A DNA stretch of 64,000 nucleotides from contig JAIYCW010000062.1 of assembly GCA_027487815.1 (NCBI GenBank), positions 7,204 to 71,203 on the forward strand, given 5' to 3'. A program made the position numbers and the translations under genes. Each line of letters begins with the position of its first letter. Position 1 is the stretch's first letter. The notes below the pieces were generated by a model. The model made no database searches, was not told the origin of the DNA, and was given only the letters and a program-made list of their open reading frames with translations. Below, piece by piece: positions 1 through 9,181 of the stretch. This DNA is from Burkholderiales bacterium (GTDB lineage: Bacteria > Pseudomonadota > Gammaproteobacteria > Burkholderiales > Burkholderiaceae_E).

Positions 1-89
1 GTTGCCTCATCAAGCCCTCCGTTTAGAAGCTGATAGAACCAGCAAGCCCGATTATCGCCTCAATTACAGGCAAATGGTCAGGATGAGGA

Positions 90-923
90 CTAAGCAGTCC
101 GAAACACTTTTGCATCTTCGTAAAACTCCCGCTGCTCACTGCCCCGATCCCAACCCGGCCAACCCATCACCGGCAGGGGCAACCACGGACGCTGCTCCAG
201 ATCAGCATCCTCAAGCCAATTCAACAAAGCCTGATCCACATCGGAAGGCTGCGCGTCCAGCGCAGCAGGCAAACGCACAACCCAACCCGTGATTGACTTA
301 TAGGGGCGGCGCATTTTCTGCATCAGCGCATGTCCAAACAAACGCACTACGTGATTCGAGACTAAAACTTCGCGTTGAACAAAAAGCAGCTCGGGCCATT
401 GCCGCAACTCAAGCTGCACCCATTGCTCCCCCTCGGAGGCTGCGCCCAACCAAACCGCACCGCCCTCATCAAACAGAGTAATCGCATCACGCAATCGGGA
501 TCGCACAGCGGCATTCGGTTGCTCCTGAATCGCGGCAACCTGCATTGCGTTCAATCGAGCTTTGCTTCGAGGAAAAAGCAACCATTGCAAAGCGTTGAAT
601 GCGTCGTGCCAGGCCCCATCATCCTGAATTCGGCAGGGCACTTGCCCGGTCAAATGAATGCCTGTCTCATAAGCAACCGCTGATTGCGAAGCATTTGCTG
701 AATGCTCGGAAGCGGCCACAAACTTCAAAGGCAAGCCGCTCTCGACACGCAACTCACGCGATAAAGCCTGTTGATTAAGGTCTTCAATTACCGCGTGCCA
801 ATCTAGAACTCCGCCGCTCTGATAAAGCATCAGCGCCAATCGATTAAGCGCTTCATCATCAGTGAGCCACACCCAAGGCGGGGCACTCGGGCCCTGCACC
901 TGGCCTAGGCCACCAGCTTCCAC
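90..923 (-). CDS. DUF3025-like conserved hypothetical protein
   Basis: 277-aa ORF that overlaps the pyrC stop by 19 nt. It contains the motif 'WHDAFNALQWLLFPRSKARLN', which I recall as typical of DUF3025 proteins often found next to pyrC in Burkholderiales. Confidence 0.6.
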   Translation of the reverse strand: MEAGGLGQVQGPSAPPWVWLTDDEALNRLALMLYQSGGVLDWHAVIEDLNQQALSRELRVESGLPLKFVAASEHSANASQSAVAYETGIHLTGQVPCRIQDDGAWHDAFNALQWLLFPRSKARLNAMQVAAIQEQPNAAVRSRLRDAITLFDEGGAVWLGAASEGEQWVQLELRQWPELLFVQREVLVSNHVVRLFGHALMQKMRRPYKSITGWVVRLPAALDAQPSDVDQALLNWLEDADLEQRPWLPLPVMGWPGWDRGSEQREFYEDAKVFRTA

Positions 924-1987
924 TGCATCGTTTCACCCGCTGCGAGCGGGGTAATGCTGTCGCCCGGAAACGGCAGGCTTTGTGGAATTTCCCAGGACTC
1001 GCGAGCCAGAGTCACTCGTGAAGTGTTGACCGGCAATCCATAAAAAGCCGGGCCAAACAAACTCGCAAAGCCTTCGAGCTGATCCAGTCGATCCATCGCG
1101 GCAAATGCGGTGGCATACAACTCGATGGCATGAGGGGCGGTATAACATCCCGCACAACCACTGGCGTGTTCTTTCAAGCGCGTCGCATGCGGCGCACTAT
1201 CGGTGCCCAAAAAGAATCTTGAGTTTCCGCCAGTGGCTGCTTCGAGTAAGGCCAGGCGATGCGTCTCGCGTTTGAGCACCGGCAAGCAGTACCAATGCGG
1301 CCGCACCCCACCCTTGAAAATTGCGTTGCGGTTGTAGAGCAAATGATGGGCGGTGATCGTGGCCGCAATCGCGCCTGCCGAATCACCCACCGAAGCATCA
1401 CGAACATAAAGCGCGGCCTGCGAAGTGGTGATGTGCTCAAACACCACTCGCAAGCCCGGCAATTGGCGGCGCAAGGGATCCAGCACCTGATCAATGAACA
1501 CCGCCTCGCGGTCAAACAGATCAATTTCGCTATCAGTAACTTCGCCATGAATCAGCAGTGGCATGCCGACCTCCTGCATCGCCTCCAGAGCGCTCATGGT
1601 GCGGCGGATATCACTCACGCCTGCATCCGAGTTGGTGGTCGCTCCTGCGGGATAAAGCTTCACGCCATGCACCAGGCCGCTTGCCTTCGCGCGGCGGATT
1701 TCATCCGCACTGGTGTTGTCAGTGAGGTATAGCGTCATCAGGGGCTCAAAAGCCGCCGCACGATCATCAATCTCACCGGCTTGATGCGCTTGCGCCAGCG
1801 CTTGCTTGATCCGCTCGCGATAGGCCTGCGCCTGGGCAGTGTTGACTACCGGGGGCTTGAGGTTGGGCATGACGATGGCCCGCGCAAACTGCTGGGCCGT
1901 GGCGCCGACTACGGCACGCAGGGCATCGCCATCACGCAGGTGCAAATGCCAGTCGTCGGGTTGAATCAGGGTCAGGGTTGTGGTCAT
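905..1987 (-). CDS. pyrC: Dihydroorotase, homodimeric (class II) type
   Basis: 360 aa. The N-terminus 'DDWHLHLRDG' is the HxH metal site of class II PyrC. The length and C-terminal 'LGTDSAPH' are typical. Confidence 0.9.
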   Translation of the reverse strand: MTTTLTLIQPDDWHLHLRDGDALRAVVGATAQQFARAIVMPNLKPPVVNTAQAQAYRERIKQALAQAHQAGEIDDRAAAFEPLMTLYLTDNTSADEIRRAKASGLVHGVKLYPAGATTNSDAGVSDIRRTMSALEAMQEVGMPLLIHGEVTDSEIDLFDREAVFIDQVLDPLRRQLPGLRVVFEHITTSQAALYVRDASVGDSAGAIAATITAHHLLYNRNAIFKGGVRPHWYCLPVLKRETHRLALLEAATGGNSRFFLGTDSAPHATRLKEHASGCAGCYTAPHAIELYATAFAAMDRLDQLEGFASLFGPAFYGLPVNTSRVTLARESWEIPQSLPFPGDSITPLAAGETMQWKLVA

Positions 1988-2121
1988 CCCCGCACTTTAC
2001 CGCAAGCGTTCACGCCCTCTAAATGCACTTCGCGCCGCGATCCGGCAGCTGGTCGCATTGCCCTTGAGCGCAGCTATCAGGCCGGGCGAAAGTGGCGCCA
2101 TCAACTCTCTGAGGAACCTGC

Positions 2122-3141
2122 ATGAACACTGTCAATCTTCCTATCCTGGGCTGGACCACCCTAAGCGAAGTCCATATGCGCGCCTTCGATTCCATCATCA
2201 TCACCCATGCCATCACCGCGAGTTTTGCGATTCTGTTGGGCGCAGTGGTGCTGTTTATGCGCAAGGGCAGCGAAACGCATAAAGCTCTCGGAAAAGTCTG
2301 GGCGGCCAGCATGGTGATCGCGTGTGTCAGCGCGATCTTTATTCCTGCGCATGTGTTTCCTTTGGTGAAACTGGGTAGCCTGGTGTGGGGCCCGATCCAT
2401 ATCCTGATCATTACGACCCTGAGCAGCCTTGTGCGGGCCATCCAGAAGGCCCGTCAGGGAAAAATCGAAGCTCATCGCAGGCACATGATCGGAAGCTACA
2501 GCGGTTTGGTGATTGCAGGCGCGTTCACCTTCACACCAGGCCGGATGCTGCACGCCTGGAGCAATACGCTGATCGAGTTTATGACTGCAAAGCTCAATCT
2601 GACTGGCATGATCCTGATCAACACACCCTTTTGGGTCTGGATCGGGCTGGCAGCCCTGGTGATCTACGGACTGTCACAGCGCGCACCCAAGGCCCTATCA
2701 GCCCAACGGGCAGTGATTGCCCCGTTGATTTTGCTTATCCTTGCTTTGCAAAGCAGCCTGAGTCTGCTGGGCGTATCGGCCAGCCTGCTGATCATGCTAC
2801 CCATCGCGGCAGTCCTGGGGGCTTGGGTGCCGGTTAATGCACGCTGGAGCCTCGTGACGCCGACCCCTCAATCTCAGCTTCAATCGCCCCCTCAGCTCGT
2901 GCGAGCTGGCGGCTATGCAACCCTCAGCTGGGTGTTGGTAGTGTTCAGTTTGAAATACACCCTTGCGGTTCGGCAGGCCATGGGCTTGCAACTCAACATA
3001 CCCCTGTGGGGCACCGTGTTTGGAGTTCTGGCCGCATTCCAGGTACGCAACCTGCGCACTATTCTCAGCCTGGTAGGTTGGCGGACGTTGTTCATCGGCT
3101 CAAGCAAGGGCAATCTGGCCCAGGTGCAGCCCCGCGGATAA
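2122..3141 (+). CDS. Polytopic membrane protein, N-terminal DUF2306-like half fused to a second hydrophobic domain
   Basis: 339 aa with about 8 hydrophobic segments. The N-terminal half has a DUF2306-like pattern ('HKALGKVW', 'AHRRHMIGSY'). The C-terminal half has no motif I recognise. Confidence 0.6.
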   Translation: MNTVNLPILGWTTLSEVHMRAFDSIIITHAITASFAILLGAVVLFMRKGSETHKALGKVWAASMVIACVSAIFIPAHVFPLVKLGSLVWGPIHILIITTLSSLVRAIQKARQGKIEAHRRHMIGSYSGLVIAGAFTFTPGRMLHAWSNTLIEFMTAKLNLTGMILINTPFWVWIGLAALVIYGLSQRAPKALSAQRAVIAPLILLILALQSSLSLLGVSASLLIMLPIAAVLGAWVPVNARWSLVTPTPQSQLQSPPQLVRAGGYATLSWVLVVFSLKYTLAVRQAMGLQLNIPLWGTVFGVLAAFQVRNLRTILSLVGWRTLFIGSSKGNLAQVQPRG

Positions 3142-3181
3142 GCCTAGCCAGCCCGCCCCGCTTCATGCCAAAGTAAACCCC

Positions 3182-4291
3182 ATGAGCTTTTTGTCCCCCA
3201 TCCGTCAATCCGCACAACACCTCACTGGGCCGCGCAGCCTGCGGTTTTTCGGGGCCACTTTTATTGGGAACTGTCTGATTGCAGCCAGCCTGATCAGTGC
3301 ACGCCCTGAAACGCATTGGCTTGCAACGTTCTGGTATTCCCAAGCGGTGGGCCTAACCACATGCTTGTTATGCCTATTGGTCATCCCCGGGTTACGTGAT
3401 CGACGCGCCGGGGGGCTGGAGTCCCTGGTATGGATCAGTGGCACTGTGCTTGCGGGCACCTTGATTGGCAACGCCTTAGGCTTACTGATCCTGAAACACG
3501 GATACGGGATAGAAGAAAGTCGCCCAGGGTTTTTCGCCTCTATCGTTATATCGCTGGCTGCGGGCGCGGTCGGGAGCATCTTCTTTTACAACCGCGAACG
3601 CCTGCGTCGAATGGAGAGCGATCTTGAGGCCCAGCAATGGCGCGCGCTTGCGGCGCAACGTATGGCAAGCCAAGCCGAGCTCAAGGCTTTGCAGGCGCAA
3701 ATCGAACCCCACTTTTTGTTCAACACCCTGGCCAATGTCAGCGCGGCAATCGATGAAGATCCAGCAGTTGCCCGCGCCATGCTTAATGACTTGGTGGCCT
3801 ACCTGCGGACTTCACTCAAACATGCCCGCAGCAGCGCGACTACCTTGGGCGAAGAGATACACCTCAATGAAAGGCTGCTCGTGATCATGCGCCACCGTAT
3901 GGGCGATCGATTGCGCTGGCGCTTTGACCTGGAGCCTGGTCTGGAAACCCTGCCACTGGCCCCGATGCTGATTCAGCCCCTGATCGAAAATGCGGTGAAA
4001 CACGGACTTGAACCGCAAGCCAGGGGCGGCGAGGTGCGGGTCAGCGCCAAGCGGAATCCAGGCGGCGTACTCATTGAAGTGAGCGATGACGGCCTGGGCC
4101 TGAGAGCGGCTGAAACCCCTGGGCAAGGCGCCAGTTCCGGGTCCGGTACAGGCATGCAAAACATCACTCAACGCCTTCAAGCCTTATACGGCTCGCATGC
4201 AAGTCTGCACTTGCGTGAGGCTGCGGGCCGCACGATTGCCACGCTCCAAATACCTGACATCCATGCCGCCACCATCACCTCCCCAACCTGA
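3182..4291 (+). CDS. Sensor histidine kinase, LytS/YehU family
   Basis: 369 aa. It has N-terminal TM segments, a coiled coil, a His_kinase motif 'EPHFLFNTLANV', and an HATPase_c region ('ENAVKHG', 'DDGLG', 'GSGTGMQNI'). Confidence 0.8.
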   Translation: MSFLSPIRQSAQHLTGPRSLRFFGATFIGNCLIAASLISARPETHWLATFWYSQAVGLTTCLLCLLVIPGLRDRRAGGLESLVWISGTVLAGTLIGNALGLLILKHGYGIEESRPGFFASIVISLAAGAVGSIFFYNRERLRRMESDLEAQQWRALAAQRMASQAELKALQAQIEPHFLFNTLANVSAAIDEDPAVARAMLNDLVAYLRTSLKHARSSATTLGEEIHLNERLLVIMRHRMGDRLRWRFDLEPGLETLPLAPMLIQPLIENAVKHGLEPQARGGEVRVSAKRNPGGVLIEVSDDGLGLRAAETPGQGASSGSGTGMQNITQRLQALYGSHASLHLREAAGRTIATLQIPDIHAATITSPT

Positions 4292-5108
4292 ATCCCATCC
4301 TTCAATTTGCCGCGCCATCATTGCGGATGATGAAGCGCGCTTGCGTGAAGCATTGGGCCGGGCTCTGTCGCTGGCCTGGCCGCAGCTCCAGGTGATTGCA
4401 GCTGTGGGGGATGGGGCAGCTGCGCTCGAAGCCATCAAGACACTTCAGCCCGACATCGCCTTTCTCGATATCCGTATGCCAGCGCCCAACGGCCTGGAGC
4501 TTGCCCGGTTGATTCAGCAATCCGGCCAGCCCATCGATATTGTGTTTGTCACGGCCTATGATGAATATGCGGTGCAGGCCTTCGAACACCATGCAGTGGA
4601 CTATTTGCTTAAACCGATTGATCCAGCTCGATTGCGGCAAACCGTCGAGCGTTTACAAGCCAGACGTATCAAGCCTGAGCCAGCCAACAACACACAGCTC
4701 GAACAACTCCTGGAGCTGATGAAGCCCACAACAGGCCCTGCCCCATTGCGGTGGCTGCGAGCCAGTGTGCGATTGGCCGAAGGCGAAGAGATCCGCCTGG
4801 TGGACATTGGATCGGTGATCGCATTTGAGGCGGCCGACAAATACATCCGTGTGCTGAGCATGCCAAGTGCAGATTCAAGCTCAAGCGCGCGCGCAAGTGA
4901 AACGCTGATTCGCATGCCGCTCAAGGAGCTGCTGGAGCGATTGCCAGGCGAAGAGTTTTGGCAGATTCACCGTGGCACCGTGGTCAGGGTGAGTGCAATA
5001 AAAAAAACGGTGCGCTCCCTGACTGGCAAGCTCACCGTTTCACTACATGGCTGCAACGAGACTTTTGAGGTCAGTCGCAGCTTTCAGGCCTTGTTTCGCA
5101 GCGATTAG
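4263..5108 (+). CDS. LytR/AlgR-family (LytTR DNA-binding) response regulator
   Basis: Receiver domain ('AIIADDE', 'DIAFLDIRMP') followed by a C-terminal LytTR-like domain ('IHRGTVVRV'). I chose the in-frame ATG at 4263; the tracked ORF starts at 4197 inside the kinase gene. Confidence 0.85.
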   Translation: MPPPSPPQPESHPSICRAIIADDEARLREALGRALSLAWPQLQVIAAVGDGAAALEAIKTLQPDIAFLDIRMPAPNGLELARLIQQSGQPIDIVFVTAYDEYAVQAFEHHAVDYLLKPIDPARLRQTVERLQARRIKPEPANNTQLEQLLELMKPTTGPAPLRWLRASVRLAEGEEIRLVDIGSVIAFEAADKYIRVLSMPSADSSSSARASETLIRMPLKELLERLPGEEFWQIHRGTVVRVSAIKKTVRSLTGKLTVSLHGCNETFEVSRSFQALFRSD

Positions 5109-5156
5109 ATCGCTGACTTGGTTGGCCGAATAAGTTAACCGAATTAGTCGGCCGAA

Positions 5157-6137
5157 TTAATCAGCATAAACGCCGGCCTTCTTGATGATCGGCGTCCACT
5201 TGTTGATTTCGGCTGTCAGGGTGCGATTCAAACCATCGGGAGTAGCGCGATCCTGAGAAACTGTATCGGCACCGAGCTCACTGAAGCGCTTGGTCACAGC
5301 GGGGTCCTTCAATGCAGCCTGCAAACCGGCCACCAGGCGATCCACTACAGGCTTGGGGGTGCCTTTCGGGGCGTACATGCCATGCCATACCGAAACGTTA
5401 AAGCCGCGCACACCACCTTCATCCATGGTGGGCAAATCCTTCAAGGTTTCGAGGCGACGGGTTGAGGTCACACCCAAGGCCTTGACCGAGCCTGCACGAA
5501 TTTGCTGGGTGGTATTGGTGGTTTGATCACACAAAATATCCACCTGCCCACCGATCAGATCGGTCATCGCAGGAGCGGTGCCTTTATAAGGCACGGTGGT
5601 CAGATCAGTTTCGATGGCCGACTGGAACAGCAGGCCGCACAAGTGCGATGCCGACCCGATACCAGCGTTAGCCAGGTTCACCTTGGCTGCGTTGGCTTTC
5701 ACATAGGTGACCATCTCGCGAAGATTGGTGGCGGGAAAATCCTTCTTGACCAGCATGGTCATCGGAACTTCATTGATCATGCCGATGTACTCATAATCCT
5801 TCAGCGGATCGAATGGCAGGCGGCGAAACAAGGCTGGAGCTGTGCTCATGCCGATGTGATGAATCAAGATCGAGTAACCGTCTGGGCTTCCCTTTGCAAC
5901 CTTGGCTGCGCCGAGTGTGCCGCCGGCGCCGGCAACGTTTTCAACAATAAAGTTGCTGCCTGGAATCGCGCGGTTCATTGCATCAGCAATGGTCCGGGCT
6001 ACGATATCGGTCGGGCCGCCCGCAGCGAATGGCACAACGATTGAGACTGGTTTGGTCGGGTACTGCTGGGCATGAGCTGCACCGGCGGCCAGCGTGACCC
6101 CCAAGGCGAGCGCTGTGGCAACTTGAGCGAATTTCAT
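5157..6137 (-). CDS. Bug-family (TctC-like) tripartite tricarboxylate transporter substrate-binding protein
   Basis: Signal peptide 'MKFAQVATALALGVTLAAGAAHAQ' and the Bug motif 'YPTKPVSIVVPFAAGGPTD'. I chose the ATG at 6137, which has GGAGA 7 nt upstream; the tracked ORF is N-terminally extended. Confidence 0.85.
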   Translation of the reverse strand: MKFAQVATALALGVTLAAGAAHAQQYPTKPVSIVVPFAAGGPTDIVARTIADAMNRAIPGSNFIVENVAGAGGTLGAAKVAKGSPDGYSILIHHIGMSTAPALFRRLPFDPLKDYEYIGMINEVPMTMLVKKDFPATNLREMVTYVKANAAKVNLANAGIGSASHLCGLLFQSAIETDLTTVPYKGTAPAMTDLIGGQVDILCDQTTNTTQQIRAGSVKALGVTSTRRLETLKDLPTMDEGGVRGFNVSVWHGMYAPKGTPKPVVDRLVAGLQAALKDPAVTKRFSELGADTVSQDRATPDGLNRTLTAEINKWTPIIKKAGVYAD

Positions 6138-6260
6138 TTCAATGTCTCCAAAACATGTATGGCTATAGATCTGGCTGCAGCTTGTTCCCACAGCGAGCGC
6201 GCTAATGTAACCCGAGGCCACCCTATCCAACACAACTCATAGGGGAACTACTGACCCCAA

Positions 6261-7034
6261 TCAACCCCACACTTTGTAGGCGAATTGCCAGAGCAAGAGC
6301 AAGACCATCAGGCCCACAAAGCGCCTGAGCCACTTGCGGTATTGAGCCACTGGGGCGCGTTCCCTTCGCTTCGCCCCGAGGGTGGCCATGCTCCATGCGA
6401 GCAAAGCCAAGGGAAAAGTTGCAAGCCAGGCGCTCACCGGAATGCCGCTGAATTGCATCCACGAAAGGGTTTGGGTGGACTTGCCAACAAAAAAGCACAG
6501 GTTCAGCGTTTGCACCATCGCGGAAGGCGCGAGCCCCGCCAAAGCCAGATAAACCAACAGCATCGGCGCGGCGACATTCACCAAAGACTCCGTCACCCCG
6601 GCTGCGAGCCCGAATCCCGCCCCAAACCATTGGGGATGATTGCGAATCGCTTTGACCTCAATCCCCAAGTGATCCAGCGCAAGATAGAGCACCAGCAACG
6701 CGGCGAGCAGAGCCAACAAAGGCGCCGGGTCGACAGCAAAAAACAATCGCGTACCGATATAACTACCCAGCGCAATCACCAGCGGCAAATACCAATACTC
6801 CCGCAAGGTGCGCAAAAACCCGCCGCCCCGCAGCATGGTGCTGAAACACACCACCACGATGGGAATCAGCATCACGAAAATCGCCACCCGCAAATCGATA
6901 AGCAGAGTCAACAGGGGGGTGCCGACAATCGGATAGCCAAACCCCATCACGCCCTGGGTGTAGCTCGCAATCAGCGTCACCGCCAAAATCCAGGCATAGG
7001 CCCACCAGGGCAGCGCAAAAAGATCAGGCACCAA
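6261..7034 (-). CDS. TauE/SafE (DUF81) family anion exporter-type membrane protein
   Basis: 257 aa with about 8 TM segments. It has a two-fold repeated Gly-rich TM pattern typical of TauE/SafE. Confidence 0.75.
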   Translation of the reverse strand: MVPDLFALPWWAYAWILAVTLIASYTQGVMGFGYPIVGTPLLTLLIDLRVAIFVMLIPIVVVCFSTMLRGGGFLRTLREYWYLPLVIALGSYIGTRLFFAVDPAPLLALLAALLVLYLALDHLGIEVKAIRNHPQWFGAGFGLAAGVTESLVNVAAPMLLVYLALAGLAPSAMVQTLNLCFFVGKSTQTLSWMQFSGIPVSAWLATFPLALLAWSMATLGAKRRERAPVAQYRKWLRRFVGLMVLLLLWQFAYKVWG

Positions 7035-7069
7035 AACTCCGGCGCTGATTCAGCATATCTCGCGCTTGC

Positions 7070-8149
7070 TCAAAGGGCATCGACTATCGCCTGCCCGACC
7101 TCACGGGTATTGGCCTTACCCCCCATGTCCGGGGTCCGTGGGCCACTGCCCGTGACCTGCTCAATCGCCCTCAAGATCGCGTCGTGCGCATCCTTGTGAC
7201 CCAGATGCTCGAGCATCATCGCACCGCACCAGATTTGTCCGATCGGATTGGCAATCCCCTGCCCGGCAATATCCGGCGCCGAGCCATGCACAGGCTCAAA
7301 CAGCGAGGGAAACTTGCCCTCCGGATTAATGTTGGCCGAGGGCGCAATACCAATCGTGCCGGTGCATGCCGGGCCAAGGTCGCTCAGGATATCGCCAAAC
7401 AAATTGCTCGCCACCACCACATCAAACATCTGCGGATTACGCACAAAATGGGCCGTCAGGATGTCGATATGAAACTTGTCGACCCGTACCTCCGGGTAAC
7501 TCGGAGTCATGGCCGCAACGCGCTCGTCCCAATAGGGCATCGAGATAAAAATGCCGTTGGATTTGGTGGCCGAGGTGAGATGCTTGGCGGGGCGGCGCTG
7601 CGCCAACTCAAATGCGTACTTAAGCACCCGATCAACACCGATACGAGTGAAGATCGACTCCTGCAACACGATCTCGCGCTCCGTGCCCGCAAACATCTTG
7701 CCACCCACTGCCGAGTACTCGCCCTCGGTGTTTTCACGCACCACATAAAAGTCAATCGCGCCGGGCGCATAGGGCTTGCCTTGGCGATCCACAATGGGGG
7801 CGGGCACGCCGGGCATCAAGCGTACCGGCCTAAGGTTGATGTACTGATCAAACTCACGGCGAAACAACAGCAAGGAGCCCCACAGCGAAATATGATCTGG
7901 CACCCGATCAGGCCAACCAACAGCGCCAAAAAAAATCGCGTCATGCCCGCCAATTAGCTCTTTCCAGTTGGCAGGCATCATCGCGCCATGCTTGGCGTAG
8001 TAGTCGCAGCTCGCAAAATCAAACTCGTCGAATTGCAGCGAGATACCAAATTTGCTGGCCGCAGCTCGCACCACCCGCAATCCTTCAGGCATCACTTCGG
8101 TGCCAATACCATCGCCGGCGATCACTGCAATTCGGTGGGTAGTCATCAA
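7070..8149 (-). CDS. Tartrate dehydrogenase/decarboxylase / D-malate dehydrogenase family (isopropylmalate/isocitrate dehydrogenase superfamily)
   Basis: 359 aa with 'IAVIAGDGIGTEV' and the family signature 'NLFGDILSDLGPA'. The size and termini fit the TtuC/DmlA-like subgroup. Confidence 0.8.
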   Translation of the reverse strand: MMTTHRIAVIAGDGIGTEVMPEGLRVVRAAASKFGISLQFDEFDFASCDYYAKHGAMMPANWKELIGGHDAIFFGAVGWPDRVPDHISLWGSLLLFRREFDQYINLRPVRLMPGVPAPIVDRQGKPYAPGAIDFYVVRENTEGEYSAVGGKMFAGTEREIVLQESIFTRIGVDRVLKYAFELAQRRPAKHLTSATKSNGIFISMPYWDERVAAMTPSYPEVRVDKFHIDILTAHFVRNPQMFDVVVASNLFGDILSDLGPACTGTIGIAPSANINPEGKFPSLFEPVHGSAPDIAGQGIANPIGQIWCGAMMLEHLGHKDAHDAILRAIEQVTGSGPRTPDMGGKANTREVGQAIVDAL

Positions 8150-8150
8150 T

Positions 8151-9083
8151 TCAGTCTTTCAAAAATGGCAAGGCATGATCGAGCAAGGCTTGAGGCGCCT
8201 CCTCGGGAATATAGTGGCCGCAGGCAAGCGAGCGCCCCTCCACTTGGCGGGCAACACGTGCCCACTCCTTGAGGGGATCAAAACACTTTTCAATCACCCC
8301 TTGCAGCCCCCAGAACACGGCCAGCGGCATCGCAAGCTTGCGGCCCGCATCGCGATCGGCGCGATCATGCTCAAGATCAATGCCTGCAGCAGCACGATAA
8401 TCCTCACACATCGTATGCACTGCCATTGGATCGCGCATATGCCGCTGGTACTGCGCCCAGGCTTCGGGCTCAAATGGTGAAAGGCCCGCACTGCGAAGCC
8501 CCATCAGCTTTTCGAGGTAAAAGTCGGGCTGGGCATTGATAAGCGTTTCAGGAAAAGGCGCGGGCTGAATCAGGAAAAACCAATGCCAATAGGCGCGGGC
8601 GAACGACATCGAAGTCTGCTCGTACATGGCGAGCGTCGGGCAGATATCAAGCAAGACCATTCGCCTGACCCGATGCTCATGATCCAGCCCCAGGCGATGC
8701 GCGACCCGAGCGCCCCGATCGTGTGCCAACACACTGAATTCTTCAAAGCCCAGCGCCTGCATCAACGCGGCTTGGTCACCCGCCATGGCACGCTTCGAAT
8801 AGGCTTCATGCGCTTCACCGCCCTCAGGCTTGCCCGCATCCCCATAGCCACACAAATCGCTGGCGACCACCGTGAAATGCTGACTGAGTACAGGCGCCAC
8901 CTTGCGCCAGATGATCAGCGATTGCGGATGCCCGTGAAGCAATAGCAGGGGCGGCCCCGAGCCGCCAATCACATAAGGAATCTGGCGCGGAGCTGCGCCG
9001 CTCAGCCCAGCTCGAAAGCCTGGGAAGAAATTGACGCGATCGGCAGCAACTGCGGCTGAGGTTGGGTCAGGAGGTTTTTCCAT
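8151..9083 (-). CDS. Alpha/beta-fold hydrolase (haloacetate dehalogenase / epoxide hydrolase-like)
   Basis: 'LLLLHGHPQS...WRKVAP...VVASDLCGYGDAGKP' and 'HDRGARV' match the HGxP / nucleophile-Asp pattern of fluoroacetate-dehalogenase-like hydrolases. The start was trimmed to the ATG at 9083. Confidence 0.7.
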   Translation of the reverse strand: MEKPPDPTSAAVAADRVNFFPGFRAGLSGAAPRQIPYVIGGSGPPLLLLHGHPQSLIIWRKVAPVLSQHFTVVASDLCGYGDAGKPEGGEAHEAYSKRAMAGDQAALMQALGFEEFSVLAHDRGARVAHRLGLDHEHRVRRMVLLDICPTLAMYEQTSMSFARAYWHWFFLIQPAPFPETLINAQPDFYLEKLMGLRSAGLSPFEPEAWAQYQRHMRDPMAVHTMCEDYRAAAGIDLEHDRADRDAGRKLAMPLAVFWGLQGVIEKCFDPLKEWARVARQVEGRSLACGHYIPEEAPQALLDHALPFLKD

Positions 9084-9128
9084 ATTGCGAAGTGTATCGA
9101 CCCCCAAACCGTCCAAGGGCCTAATTCG

Positions 9129-9143
9129 TTGCAGTAAGTGCAA
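9129..9143. promoter_or_regulatory. Candidate LysR box (T-N11-A dyad) in a divergent promoter
   Basis: TTGCAGTAAGTGCAA is a 5-bp inverted repeat with a 5-bp spacer. It lies between the hydrolase start (9083) and the LysR start (9182). Confidence 0.35.
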
Positions 9144-9181
9144 TGTATAGTTTTGAGTATTGCAACGTACAGTGTGATCGC

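Noticed and set aside
2-292. 96-aa ORF at the window start (P/A/N-rich)
   Set aside because: It is antisense to the DUF3025 gene's 3' part, has low-complexity composition, and is truncated by the window edge.
5109-5156. Repeated GGCCGAAT(A/T)A motifs and a GGCCGA...TCGGCC hairpin between convergent genes, considered as a REP or mobile-element remnant
   Set aside because: It is only about 40 nt and has no second copy that I could find elsewhere in the window. It is most simply a weak bidirectional terminator.
6285-7199. 304-aa ORF on the + strand
   Set aside because: It is fully antisense to the TauE/SafE gene and the 3' end of the tartrate dehydrogenase gene. The translation is Q/H/R/P-rich low complexity with no motif. 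This is a typical shadow ORF in GC-rich DNA.
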